Below are positions 19,723 through 28,933 of a stretch of DNA of 64,000 bases, piece after piece. The position numbers and the translations under genes are program-made. The notes under the pieces are model-generated. The model was given only the letters and a program-made list of their open reading frames with translations. It was not told where the DNA came from and searched no databases. The DNA comes from Thermodesulfobacteriota bacterium (lineage in GTDB: Bacteria > Desulfobacterota > Desulfarculia > JACQYL01). The first letter of the stretch is position 1. Each line of letters begins with the position of its first letter. Location of the stretch: the NCBI GenBank assembly GCA_963675595.2, contig CAXXLZ010000002.1:864001-928000 (forward strand), given 5' to 3'.

Positions 19723-21849
19723 ATGACCGTACCGCACCCCATCCGGAAGACCCTCGCACCGGCCGCCGTGACGGCCTTGCTGATCCTTTGCGCATCGGTA
19801 TTCTTGGGTGTCCCCTCCCTCGGGGCCGCCCCAAAAGGCATCGAGGTGACGGCAAGGACACCGGGGGGCACGCGCACCATCCCCCTGTATTCGGGCTACT
19901 ATGCCCTGGTGGTGGCTTGTGCGGACTACCGCAACGGCTGGCCCAAGCTCAGAAATCCGGTGCGGGACGGAGAGGAGGTCGCGGGCGTCTTCCGACACAT
20001 GGGCTGGACGGTGGAAACCCTGGAAAACCCCACGGGCGCCAAGCTGCGAAGAGCACTCAATGAATTCATCGCCGGTCCGGGCAAGGACCCGGAAAAAGGC
20101 CTGCTGATCTTTTTTTCGGGCCACGGCCAAACCCTGGAACAGGCGGACGGCACCAAGCTCGGGTACATCGTTCCGGTGGATGCGCCTCTCCCATACGACG
20201 ACGAAGTGGGGTTCATGGACCGTGCCTACAGCATGCGCCAATTCGAGACCGTGGCCAACCGATGCCGCTCCAAGCACGTGTTGATGGTGTTCGACTCGTG
20301 CTTCAGCGGCGCGATTTTCACCCTGACCAAGGCCGCGCCCTCCCCCTACATCGAAGAAAAGGTCGCTTGGCCGGTACGGCAGTTCATCACGGCCGGCACC
20401 GAAGAAGAACAGGTTCCCGACCAATCGGTGTTCAAGGACACGTTTATCTACGGGATAAGAGACGGGTTCGCCGACCGCAATAAGGACTGCTATGTCACGG
20501 GCGAGGAAATCGGAGCCTACCTGCAGGAACAGGTGGTGAACTACTCGCACAAGGCCCAGCATCCCCAGTACGGCAAGATCAACAATCCCCATCTGGACAA
20601 GGGCGATTTCGTGTTCGCGTCCCTGCAGGGGGCATCCTGGTGCACGCAGGGTCCGGAACCCGGGGCGCTGAAAGTCACGGCGAGCGTACCCGGAGCCAAG
20701 GTGTACGTGGACGACCAATACCGGGGCACGGCGCCCGTCGTGATTTCGGACTTGGCGCCCGGAACGCGCCGGCTCCGCATCACTTTGGACGGGTACGAAT
20801 CCTGGGAACAAAGCGTACAGGTGGAACAGGGCCGAACGACCCATCAACACGCGGTGCTCACGGCGTCCAAATCCAAATTCGGACGACTGTACGTGGATTG
20901 CGAGCCGTCGGACGCCCGCGTCCGAATCCTCAACATTGCGCCGCCCTTCCGCCAGGGCATGGAACTGGAGCCGGGGCGGTATCATCTGGAGGTCTCGGCG
21001 GAAGGATACGAAGAGCACGAGGAATGGATCGACCTGGACGCCGGGGAGGACCGGGACGTGGCAATCCGGTTGTTGGCGGTTCCCAAGAAATCCGAACCCC
21101 CCGCACCAAAAGCCGGAGAGACCATAGTGGATCGCATTGCCGGCGTGGAGTTCACCTTCGCGTATATTCCACCCGGCACCTTCACCATGGGAAGCCCAGG
21201 CAACGAGCCGGGCCGCTATGACAAGGAGACGCAGCGCCAGGTGACGCTTACCCGTGGGTACTACCTTCAGACCACAGAGATCACGCAAGGGCAGTGGAAG
21301 GCCGTCATGAGGAGCATTCCTTCCTATTTTAAGAATTGCGGAGACGACTGCCCGGTGGAGAACATTTCCTGGAACGACTGTCAGGAGTTCATCGGGAAGT
21401 TGAATCGATTGGCGGGAGGGAATCGCTATCGGCTGCCCACGGAAGCGGAATGGGAGTATGCGGCGCGGACCGGCACCGCCACCCCTTTCGCTTTCGGAAC
21501 CTGTCTATCAACCGAAGATGCGAATTATGACGGGAATTACCCGTTGTCGGGCTGTCCGAAAGCTGAATACCGAGGAAAGACGGTTCGTACAGGCAGCCTG
21601 TCGGCCAATGGATGGGGATTGTACGACATGCACGGCAATGTATATGAGTGGTGTCAAGACTGGTACGGCAAGTATCCGAGTGGCTCCGTAGCTGATCCCA
21701 CCGGTCCGCCGTCGGGCTCGAACCGGGTGAAACGCGGCGGCTGTTGGTACGGTGGCGCGGAGTTCTGCCGTTCGGCGTTTCGGGACAACGACACGCCGGA
21801 TTACCGCATCAGCACTATCGGCGCGCGTCTGCTGAGGTCTTACCCCTGA
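19723..21849 (+). CDS. Secreted caspase-like (C14) + 2 PEGA + FGE-sulfatase/CLec protein; probable DGR target
   Basis: Signal/TM segment; FFSGHG and FDSCFSG dyad; PEGA GAKVYVDDQYRGTAP; RLPTEAEWEY, HGNVYEWC. Confidence 0.9.
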   Translation: MTVPHPIRKTLAPAAVTALLILCASVFLGVPSLGAAPKGIEVTARTPGGTRTIPLYSGYYALVVACADYRNGWPKLRNPVRDGEEVAGVFRHMGWTVETLENPTGAKLRRALNEFIAGPGKDPEKGLLIFFSGHGQTLEQADGTKLGYIVPVDAPLPYDDEVGFMDRAYSMRQFETVANRCRSKHVLMVFDSCFSGAIFTLTKAAPSPYIEEKVAWPVRQFITAGTEEEQVPDQSVFKDTFIYGIRDGFADRNKDCYVTGEEIGAYLQEQVVNYSHKAQHPQYGKINNPHLDKGDFVFASLQGASWCTQGPEPGALKVTASVPGAKVYVDDQYRGTAPVVISDLAPGTRRLRITLDGYESWEQSVQVEQGRTTHQHAVLTASKSKFGRLYVDCEPSDARVRILNIAPPFRQGMELEPGRYHLEVSAEGYEEHEEWIDLDAGEDRDVAIRLLAVPKKSEPPAPKAGETIVDRIAGVEFTFAYIPPGTFTMGSPGNEPGRYDKETQRQVTLTRGYYLQTTEITQGQWKAVMRSIPSYFKNCGDDCPVENISWNDCQEFIGKLNRLAGGNRYRLPTEAEWEYAARTGTATPFAFGTCLSTEDANYDGNYPLSGCPKAEYRGKTVRTGSLSANGWGLYDMHGNVYEWCQDWYGKYPSGSVADPTGPPSGSNRVKRGGCWYGGAEFCRSAFRDNDTPDYRISTIGARLLRSYP
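21721..21836 (+). repeat. DGR variable-region-like repeat, paired with 39231-39346
   Basis: 116-nt gap-free alignment with 28 mismatches, 24 of them at codon positions 1-2; 20 framework codons are identical. Confidence 0.75.
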
Positions 21850-21986
21850 TCCCTTTCACCCTGTGCGGTTTTCCTTGCCGGGGAGGGACGGGGTTCGAAG
21901 CGAAAAGGGCGGAGCCTGCGGGGCTTGGACTGTTTGTAGCGAGAGGTGTTTGGTAGGCGGTGCCGTAACTGCCTTCCGATCCGCTG

Positions 21987-22181
21987 TCACGGCGTTGACG
22001 TGATATTGCGTCCCAGACCCAACCTCAGCGCATCCAAATCAAGCCTTGACCCGGGACAAAGGGTGTGTTCACCGGACACTTCCTTGTGGCCCTTCACTTC
22101 TGAAACCTCGATTCCGTAGGTTTCCGACAGCTCGTGGATGAACTTTTCGAGGTTCTTGTCCCAGAAAACCCCGCCCGGCAT
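21987..22181 (-). pseudogene. C-terminal remnant of an N-acetylmuramoyl-L-alanine amidase (amidase_2-like)
   Basis: YGI...VKGHKEV...TLCPG motif; N-terminal part absent. Confidence 0.5.
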
Positions 22182-22379
22182 CGAAGGCGGCCCATCAAGC
22201 TGCTTAGATTCATTGGTCTGTCATTTTGACGTTCTATCGATATAGTGATAACAAATTTGCTTCTATCCAGAATATGCATCAAGCCAAATTCCAGAAAATT
22301 TAACATGTACACAATATAAGGCAAAAAAGTATTTCATACTTTTCAAGCCTGTTTGTCAAAGTGTGTCCATATTTTTCCC

Positions 22380-22407
22380 TTGCGTGTGTTATCTCATGTG
22401 TCATAAT
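22380..22407 (+). promoter_or_regulatory. Sigma70-like promoter upstream of the defence operon
   Basis: TTGCGT-16 nt-CATAAT in an AT-rich intergenic region. Confidence 0.45.
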
Positions 22408-22459
22408 TTTTCCTCCGTGATTTAAGGCGTCGAACACCGGCTGCTTGCAAAGGAAACTG

Positions 22460-22686
22460 ATGGCAAGAGACGATCGGAACCTTTCTAAATTGGTGAAGGA
22501 AGTCCGAGGCAGTGGTCCCTGAGCCAGGAGGACCTAACCCGGGAACTCGGTATCAGCTTTGCCGCCGTGAACCGGTGGGAAAACGGCTTGGTAAAACCGT
22601 CGAAGCTGGCCAAAGCGCAGCTGGACAATTTCTGTGTCAAAATGACCCGGCAAGGAAAACTGAAGATGACCGGAGGCGAGAAATGA
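22460..22686 (+). pseudogene. Frameshifted XRE-family HTH regulator (controller/Mad1-like)
   Basis: MARDDRNLSKLVKEVR, then a frame change near 22508 to RQWSLSQEDLTRELGISFAAVNRWENGLVKPSKLA...EK*. Confidence 0.8.
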
Positions 22687-22845
22687 GCAAACTTGATGCC
22701 AATCTCGCCGTTGAGAACCAAATGTGGGCGGATGGGGATAGTATGCGGGGTATATGATTGCCTCGGAGTACAAGCACGTAGTTCGAGACTGATTTTACTG
22801 AAATACGTTTTAGACGCCTTTCAGGCCAAGTACAAGCAGCTTTAG
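22683..22845 (+). pseudogene. hsdM: Degenerate N-terminal remnant of a type I-like DNA methyltransferase (HsdM/Mad2)
   Basis: MSKLDANLAVENQMWADGDSMRG / [11 protein letters not shown] / LILLKYVLDAFQAKYKQL across frameshifts matches the HsdM N-terminal pattern [34 protein letters not shown]; the rest is deleted. Confidence 0.8.
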
Positions 22846-22970
22846 GTGAGGAAGGATACACGCGCCCACTCAACGAGGAACGTAGACATGTTGGGGCTCT
22901 CGGACAAAGCAGGCATCCTGTAAATCGGGCCACGGTCCGGGGGGGCCAACTGCATGAATATGGAGCAATC

Positions 22971-25900
22971 ATGAAAGTCAGCGTAATCCCGTGTGGCGAA
23001 GTGGTGAATGAAAGCGAAGCACTAGCCATCGATCGGCTTAAACGAAATCTGCAAAGCACAGCAGCGCCTAACGGGCAAAGCCCGGAGGACGAGTGGATTC
23101 TGCTGACGAACCTGGCTTTCTCGGTTACGCACCAATTTCAGTCCGACGACATCGATATCATTGCGATCGGACCACCAGGTGTGCGCGTCATCGAAGTTAA
23201 GCACTGGTCCATTGGGTGGTACGATTCTCACGTTGATCTGATCGCAAAGGAAGCCGACAAGCTCACATTCAAGGCGCGGAAAATCGGTACGACTCTGCGG
23301 CGCGTCGCTGCGGACTTACCTCGGGTAGACGGCACAATCCTGCTGACACGCCAGCCATCCAAAGTCCGGAAGATTGTGGAACGCGGAACGGTTCGGGGTG
23401 TTTCTCTTTATTCACTCAACCAATGGAAGAACGCCGTCGGTTTCGAAGAGCCTCAGGTACTTACACCTAATCAAGTGCGATCACTCGCTAAGGCAATCGA
23501 GCCGAAGAGCGCTGTGCGACTGGAAGGCTCGCTTCGTCGCCTTGCGGGGTACATCAATCTGGAGCTACAGACGCCTAAAGACGAACGCTTCCATCGCATC
23601 TATCGCGGCAGCCATCCGACACGTCGAGACAAGGTCATCTTGCACCTCTATGACCTGTCGGCGATCGACGAGGGCAAGGCTGAAGCCCGGGCTCGCCGCG
23701 AAGCCGAAGCCCTTCAACGGCTGCAGCTCTATCCATGGGCTCCGCGTATCCTCGATTCTTTTCAGGACGCTCCGGCGTATGCGGGAGAGATGTATTTCTT
23801 CACCATTGCCGACCCCGCCGCCCCAACATTGAAGATCCGCGCGGACGACGATGATTGGAGTCCAAGCGCTCGCGTATTGTTTGCGCGGGAAGCGATCCAT
23901 GCGCTTGACGAACTGCACAACGCGGGTGATGCCGACGACGCACTCGTTCACCGAAATTTGACGCCGCAGACAATTCTCGTCCGCTACGATAATACACCAA
24001 TCTTTACGGGGTTTGACCGAACGCGGATTCCGTCCGACATCAGTGTGGCATCCAGTAATTCGCCGGTCGACAAAACGCAAGCATGGACCGCCCCCGAAGT
24101 CATCTCACAGGGGCTCGGCGCTGCCGACCAGCGTTCGGATATTTACTCGTTGTGCTTCTGCCTGAGCGGGTTGTTTGCCGACCTGACAGACGATGATAGT
24201 ACTAGGGCTTTCGAGATTCTTGCTTCCGGTCAGGATTCGCAACCGGAGCAGCGGAGCCGGCTTGCGGAACTGGAACGATCGATATCCGAGCTGCTGGGTG
24301 ACTCCGTCGCCCCGCCCCCGGCACCTCCGGCGCGATTCTGGACTGAAGATCAAATCGTCCCGTTCCACGGACGTGATTACCGAATCGTCAGCCGCCTTGG
24401 GTCCGGAGGAATCGGGACCGCGTTCAAAGTTGTTGAATTGGAGCGCTCTTCGCAGGAGGAGTTGGGCACATACGTGGCCAAGATCGTCCACGATGGCGAC
24501 ACCGGAAAGCGGGTGCTGAAGTCTTACAGCCTCGTGCGTTCTCATCTTGGTCGCCAGGATGGGCTCTCCCCCATCTTTGAGGTGGCGCGCGAATGGCAGG
24601 AAAACCAGTTCGTCTCACTATTGGGCTGGGTCGACGGAACTCCGCTCAGTGAATTCACAGGCGTGTTTCCTCTTCTGGCTGAAGATCTGGACGAACCGAC
24701 GCCGGAATCACTGGCCGTTCGATGGCTCACAAATCTCTGCGAAGCACTGGATGTCCTGCACCGAAACGGTCTGACTCACGGCGACGTCAGTCCGCGCAAC
24801 ATGATTGTTTCGGGGAGCAATATTGTCCTTACCGACTACGATTTTGTCGCTCGCCTTGATGATCCCGAGTCGGCCGCGGGGACGCTAAGCTATTGTTCGC
24901 CCGAGCGACAGCAGAAGAAACCCTCAACGGCAACCGACGATTTATTTGCGCTTGCAGCCAGCTTCTTCCATGTCTTGTTTGAAAAAGAGCCGTTCCGGTT
25001 CGGCGGAGAGCTTGCCAAAGATCGGGGCTTGAATTGGGATGACGTCGATCACAGCGTATTTCCCATCGTGGCGGGGGTACTTGAACGGGCTACGCACAAA
25101 GATCAAGCGCAGCGGTTTGCGTCGGCGGCAGAAATGCTGCAGGCACTCTCTTCCTCATCGAGGCAGCGGGAGGACGAGCCGCAGGACTCTCAAACCGACC
25201 GGCCGAAAGGGGGCCTGGAGTCGAGTTCCGGCAAAGGCGAGGACGCCTCAAACGCTGCTACGGAACCGATCGAAAGCCTTCCAACTGGGGTGGAAGTTGT
25301 CGGAGCCTTAAGCGAACAGCGTGTGGACTGGCTGAAATCGCTTCTGCAGTCATATCCCGGGTCACGATGGGGAAACAGTGAAACTCGCGGATTGGACACA
25401 GAGTTTGCGTCCAACACGTACGTCCCAACCACCCTTGAAGAGTCGCTACTCGAAGCAATTCGAACGGCAAGCGTACGGCTCGTGATCCTGTGCGGGAACG
25501 CCGGTGACGGGAAGACGGCCCTGCTCCAGCATCTGGCGTTGAAACTTGGACTCGGTCGGCATCGTTCGGTCGACCGGATTCTCGAAGGCCGCGTACAAAA
25601 CGGTTATCGGGTACGGATGAACCTCGACGGCTCCGCAGCGTGGAAGGGCAAATCAGCGGATGAGCTCTTGGATGGTTTTCTTGCACCTTTTCAGGACGGC
25701 ACGCCGCGCGACAACATTGTGCATCTGCTGGCCATCAATGACGGCCGACTACTTGAATGGGTAGAGGGTATAGAGGGGCGGCTTGATGTTGAAACCAAGC
25801 TCACACAAACGCTTTACGAACTAATACAAGGAAATACCGTTGAACAGGACCCCCAAATCCGCTTTATCAGTCTGAATCAACGATCACTGGTTGGAGGGAT

Positions 25901-27113
25901 TACGCCCGAAGGCACGGACATCGATACGGAATTCCTGGAGCGCCTACTGGATCACCTTTATGGGGGCGGTGAAGCTCAGTATATCTGGTCTTCATGCCCC
26001 AGCTGTTCTGCGAAAGAACGCTGTCACGTCTTTCAGGCGGCAAGGGTTTTCGGTCCTGGTTCTCTGCCCTGGGCGACTTCAGTCGATGTTCGACAGCGCG
26101 CGCGAAAGCGACTGTTCGAAGCACTGCAAGCCGTCCATCTGCGAGGGGAAACACACATCACAGTTCGAGAGCTGCGTGCAGCGCTGGTTTACGTACTTTT
26201 CGGAGTACACTACTGTGACGAGTATCATTCCGGAGAATTCATCGACGAGCAGGGACCGCTGCCTTACTGGGACCGGGCGTTCGCAGCGGATTCGCCGGCG
26301 CGACAGGGCGAAGTGTTACGTGAGCTGGCACGCTTTGACCCAGCACTGGAATCGCATCCCCAAATTGACCGGTATCTGCTGAGCCAGTCGGTGATAGACA
26401 GTTCGCGTTCGACGCCACGTTATCCGGAACTGCCATTAGAATCGGCTCGGAGACGAGCATTTTTTGAGTGGACGGACGAGGATCTTCGCCAAGTGCTGCG
26501 AAGTATAGAGGAACCGAGCCAAGCTCTCAACCTCGCCCGTGGCAGTCATATTGTCGAGTTTCGGCGCATTCCCTTGATTCGTGATGCGAACCAGCTGGCA
26601 GATATCACTCGCCGGCTGTGCGACGGTGTTTCGAAACTAGAGGACTTGCCGCCGCGAGCCTTCAAACGCTCCGGTGTCGTGCCGCTCCGGATCACTCCCC
26701 GAACTCCGACAGAAACTGCATTCTGGGTGGAGAAGCCGCTGGAGAATTTTCGAATAGAAGCGGTCTTGCCTCCGGAAACAAAAGGCATCGAGAGGCTGCA
26801 TCGGCAGGTGGCTCTGATCTACCGATATCGTGATGGAAACGAAGAGCGACTGCTGCTTGGCGCGGAGCTGTTCCATCTATTGCTGGAACTGGCTGAAGGC
26901 TATCAACTCGGTGATGTGTCAACAGACGATACATTCGCTCATCTTTCAATCTTCGTGCAGCGACTGGTCCGTGAAGATGAACGGGAGCTGCTGGCTTGGA
27001 ATCCGATGCAAGACGAAAAGCTTTATCGCGTCGCCGCCGTTGTTCAGAGCACACCGGACGGAGTGAAGCAGGAACTGCAGATTCATGAGATCTCGTCGGA
27101 GGTGGCACTATGA
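22971..27113 (+). CDS. NERD nuclease + two protein-kinase-like domains + DndF-like ATPase (MADS Mad6-like)
   Basis: DIDIIAIGPPGVRVIEVKHW (NERD); degenerate kinase HRNLTPQTI; kinase LGSGGIG, HGDVSPRN, TDYD; ILCGNAGDGKT and LAINDGRL. Confidence 0.85.
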   Translation: MKVSVIPCGEVVNESEALAIDRLKRNLQSTAAPNGQSPEDEWILLTNLAFSVTHQFQSDDIDIIAIGPPGVRVIEVKHWSIGWYDSHVDLIAKEADKLTFKARKIGTTLRRVAADLPRVDGTILLTRQPSKVRKIVERGTVRGVSLYSLNQWKNAVGFEEPQVLTPNQVRSLAKAIEPKSAVRLEGSLRRLAGYINLELQTPKDERFHRIYRGSHPTRRDKVILHLYDLSAIDEGKAEARARREAEALQRLQLYPWAPRILDSFQDAPAYAGEMYFFTIADPAAPTLKIRADDDDWSPSARVLFAREAIHALDELHNAGDADDALVHRNLTPQTILVRYDNTPIFTGFDRTRIPSDISVASSNSPVDKTQAWTAPEVISQGLGAADQRSDIYSLCFCLSGLFADLTDDDSTRAFEILASGQDSQPEQRSRLAELERSISELLGDSVAPPPAPPARFWTEDQIVPFHGRDYRIVSRLGSGGIGTAFKVVELERSSQEELGTYVAKIVHDGDTGKRVLKSYSLVRSHLGRQDGLSPIFEVAREWQENQFVSLLGWVDGTPLSEFTGVFPLLAEDLDEPTPESLAVRWLTNLCEALDVLHRNGLTHGDVSPRNMIVSGSNIVLTDYDFVARLDDPESAAGTLSYCSPERQQKKPSTATDDLFALAASFFHVLFEKEPFRFGGELAKDRGLNWDDVDHSVFPIVAGVLERATHKDQAQRFASAAEMLQALSSSSRQREDEPQDSQTDRPKGGLESSSGKGEDASNAATEPIESLPTGVEVVGALSEQRVDWLKSLLQSYPGSRWGNSETRGLDTEFASNTYVPTTLEESLLEAIRTASVRLVILCGNAGDGKTALLQHLALKLGLGRHRSVDRILEGRVQNGYRVRMNLDGSAAWKGKSADELLDGFLAPFQDGTPRDNIVHLLAINDGRLLEWVEGIEGRLDVETKLTQTLYELIQGNTVEQDPQIRFISLNQRSLVGGITPEGTDIDTEFLERLLDHLYGGGEAQYIWSSCPSCSAKERCHVFQAARVFGPGSLPWATSVDVRQRARKRLFEALQAVHLRGETHITVRELRAALVYVLFGVHYCDEYHSGEFIDEQGPLPYWDRAFAADSPARQGEVLRELARFDPALESHPQIDRYLLSQSVIDSSRSTPRYPELPLESARRRAFFEWTDEDLRQVLRSIEEPSQALNLARGSHIVEFRRIPLIRDANQLADITRRLCDGVSKLEDLPPRAFKRSGVVPLRITPRTPTETAFWVEKPLENFRIEAVLPPETKGIERLHRQVALIYRYRDGNEERLLLGAELFHLLLELAEGYQLGDVSTDDTFAHLSIFVQRLVREDERELLAWNPMQDEKLYRVAAVVQSTPDGVKQELQIHEISSEVAL

Positions 27114-28933
27114 GCAGAGCCTCTTCTGGTCGGACCGCTCGCTCCATTGTCGATGAGGTTCTCGGACGCGGGATGACGAAAGCAATTTGGACAGCCAATT
27201 ACGAAAAGGTCTTGCCGCTCAGTGTGCAGGAATTCGATTTAAGGGCGATTCTTCCTGCCATCTTCTACATGTTCAGGTTTGGCCACCGGCGGGGGAAAGG
27301 ACAATTCATAGAAACGTTTGGCGGCGAAATTACGGCAAGTGAAAAGAAGAAGATTGTGACGATTGACCGAGTGGCCTGTGTGCTTGCGGAGCACGAGCCA
27401 TTCACCGGCTTCACGGCTCCAGTCGAGAAGGCGATTCTTGGGGACCTGTTGCTTTGCTTCTGTCTAGAAAACAAGAACCGTGAATTGGGTCGGCAAGAGC
27501 AGGTCATTCGCGTTGCACCAGCTCACTACATGGCGAGTTGGATCGATTTGCCACAGGCTGTCGGGCACCTTCGGTTCGTTCCGGAAATGCTCGTAGCCAT
27601 GTTGGCCGGTCAGGATGGCGAGCACGTCGACCAGAACAAAGAAAGTGACAAGACGTGGTTTGCAATAGGTCGGGGATTCGAAGAAAATCTTTTGCTTAAA
27701 GTCTTCCACAAAGGAGTCTTGCGCGACGGTCCTTTGGGTGACCGCAAATCCGATCGCTTTGACGAAAGTGCGGAAGTTGGGATCGACCAGTTGCTGATGA
27801 TCCGTTTGGCCCAGCAGCTTGGACAGGCTCCGGACAAGCTGCGTGGTAAGGAAAGCGGCGGTGATCGGATTTCTAACCAGCGTCCGATTGCTGAACGAGC
27901 GGCGCGGCGGTTTTCGGAGGATTTACGGCGTTTCATTCGCGCTTACGCGGATGTGATTCCTCGGCACTCATTCGTCGAAATGCTGGAAGCCTGTATAGCG
28001 GTTGGGCTGGCAACCATCTTCACCAGCGTTGTCGAGCTGTTGTTTGAGTGGGTCGACACCGGTACAATCCGAGCAACGAATGACCAGTCCCCGGCAGGCC
28101 TGTTCGTGGACTGTTCAAATGGTGTGCAGCGGTCCTTACGCGCGGTTGCCGAGCAATCGATGGACGATTTCATGCGCAGAATCGAGCGATTGCCTGTCGT
28201 TTTGATGGCACTCCGGCTGTTGGATTACCAGGCACGCTACGACCCCAGTCTCAAGAAGGTCGATCCCAAATGCAGACCTTATGCTACCGCATGGGTCAAT
28301 CTGCTGGGTGACCTCTTGAAAGAACGCCGCGATGAAGCCCGCGATGTACATCGTGACTTGGAACGGTACGCTCAACGTCTCGCGGAGGCTTTTGAGGATG
28401 ACTATCCCGAAGCGGCGGAAATTCTCGGGAACGAAAAGAGCCAACCCAGTCCAGTATGGCGAATGGCCGAAACCCTCACATTCTTGCAAGGGCGTGGAAA
28501 CACTATCGCAAAGGTCGTTGAGCTAGTGGACTCCAGCACGATGGCTGCTCGTCCTAACGGGATCGCAGCGAAACGCAGAGTCAGTCGCACAGCCGTTGGA
28601 TCAGGGCGAAAGACGCGCGATGTTCGATCCGTCATCCTTACAGATGCCGTCCTCGATCATCTCGTCCACCGTCACGTTCTGCGGACTGGAAAAGCGGGTG
28701 GATATCGTCCCTGTGCATTTACCGATTTTCTGACCATTCTGCGGAAACGACATGGATTCTGTATCGAAGCCGCTCCACCCGGAGTCACAGTTTCTAATGA
28801 TCTGCTCCGCGAGAATCGCTCCATTCTCGAACGTCGGCTGCGTGATCTGGGACTGCTGGTCGGAGTCAATGATGCCGAATCAATGAAGTATCTCAGGCCG
28901 CGGTTTGAACCCACACAGGGGGATGACCAATGA
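27110..28933 (+). CDS. DndG/DptG-like protein (MADS Mad7-like)
   Basis: ATGA-coupled middle gene; C-terminal LRDLGLLVGVNDAESMKYLRP recalls the DptG C-terminus. Confidence 0.7.
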   Translation: MSRASSGRTARSIVDEVLGRGMTKAIWTANYEKVLPLSVQEFDLRAILPAIFYMFRFGHRRGKGQFIETFGGEITASEKKKIVTIDRVACVLAEHEPFTGFTAPVEKAILGDLLLCFCLENKNRELGRQEQVIRVAPAHYMASWIDLPQAVGHLRFVPEMLVAMLAGQDGEHVDQNKESDKTWFAIGRGFEENLLLKVFHKGVLRDGPLGDRKSDRFDESAEVGIDQLLMIRLAQQLGQAPDKLRGKESGGDRISNQRPIAERAARRFSEDLRRFIRAYADVIPRHSFVEMLEACIAVGLATIFTSVVELLFEWVDTGTIRATNDQSPAGLFVDCSNGVQRSLRAVAEQSMDDFMRRIERLPVVLMALRLLDYQARYDPSLKKVDPKCRPYATAWVNLLGDLLKERRDEARDVHRDLERYAQRLAEAFEDDYPEAAEILGNEKSQPSPVWRMAETLTFLQGRGNTIAKVVELVDSSTMAARPNGIAAKRRVSRTAVGSGRKTRDVRSVILTDAVLDHLVHRHVLRTGKAGGYRPCAFTDFLTILRKRHGFCIEAAPPGVTVSNDLLRENRSILERRLRDLGLLVGVNDAESMKYLRPRFEPTQGDDQ

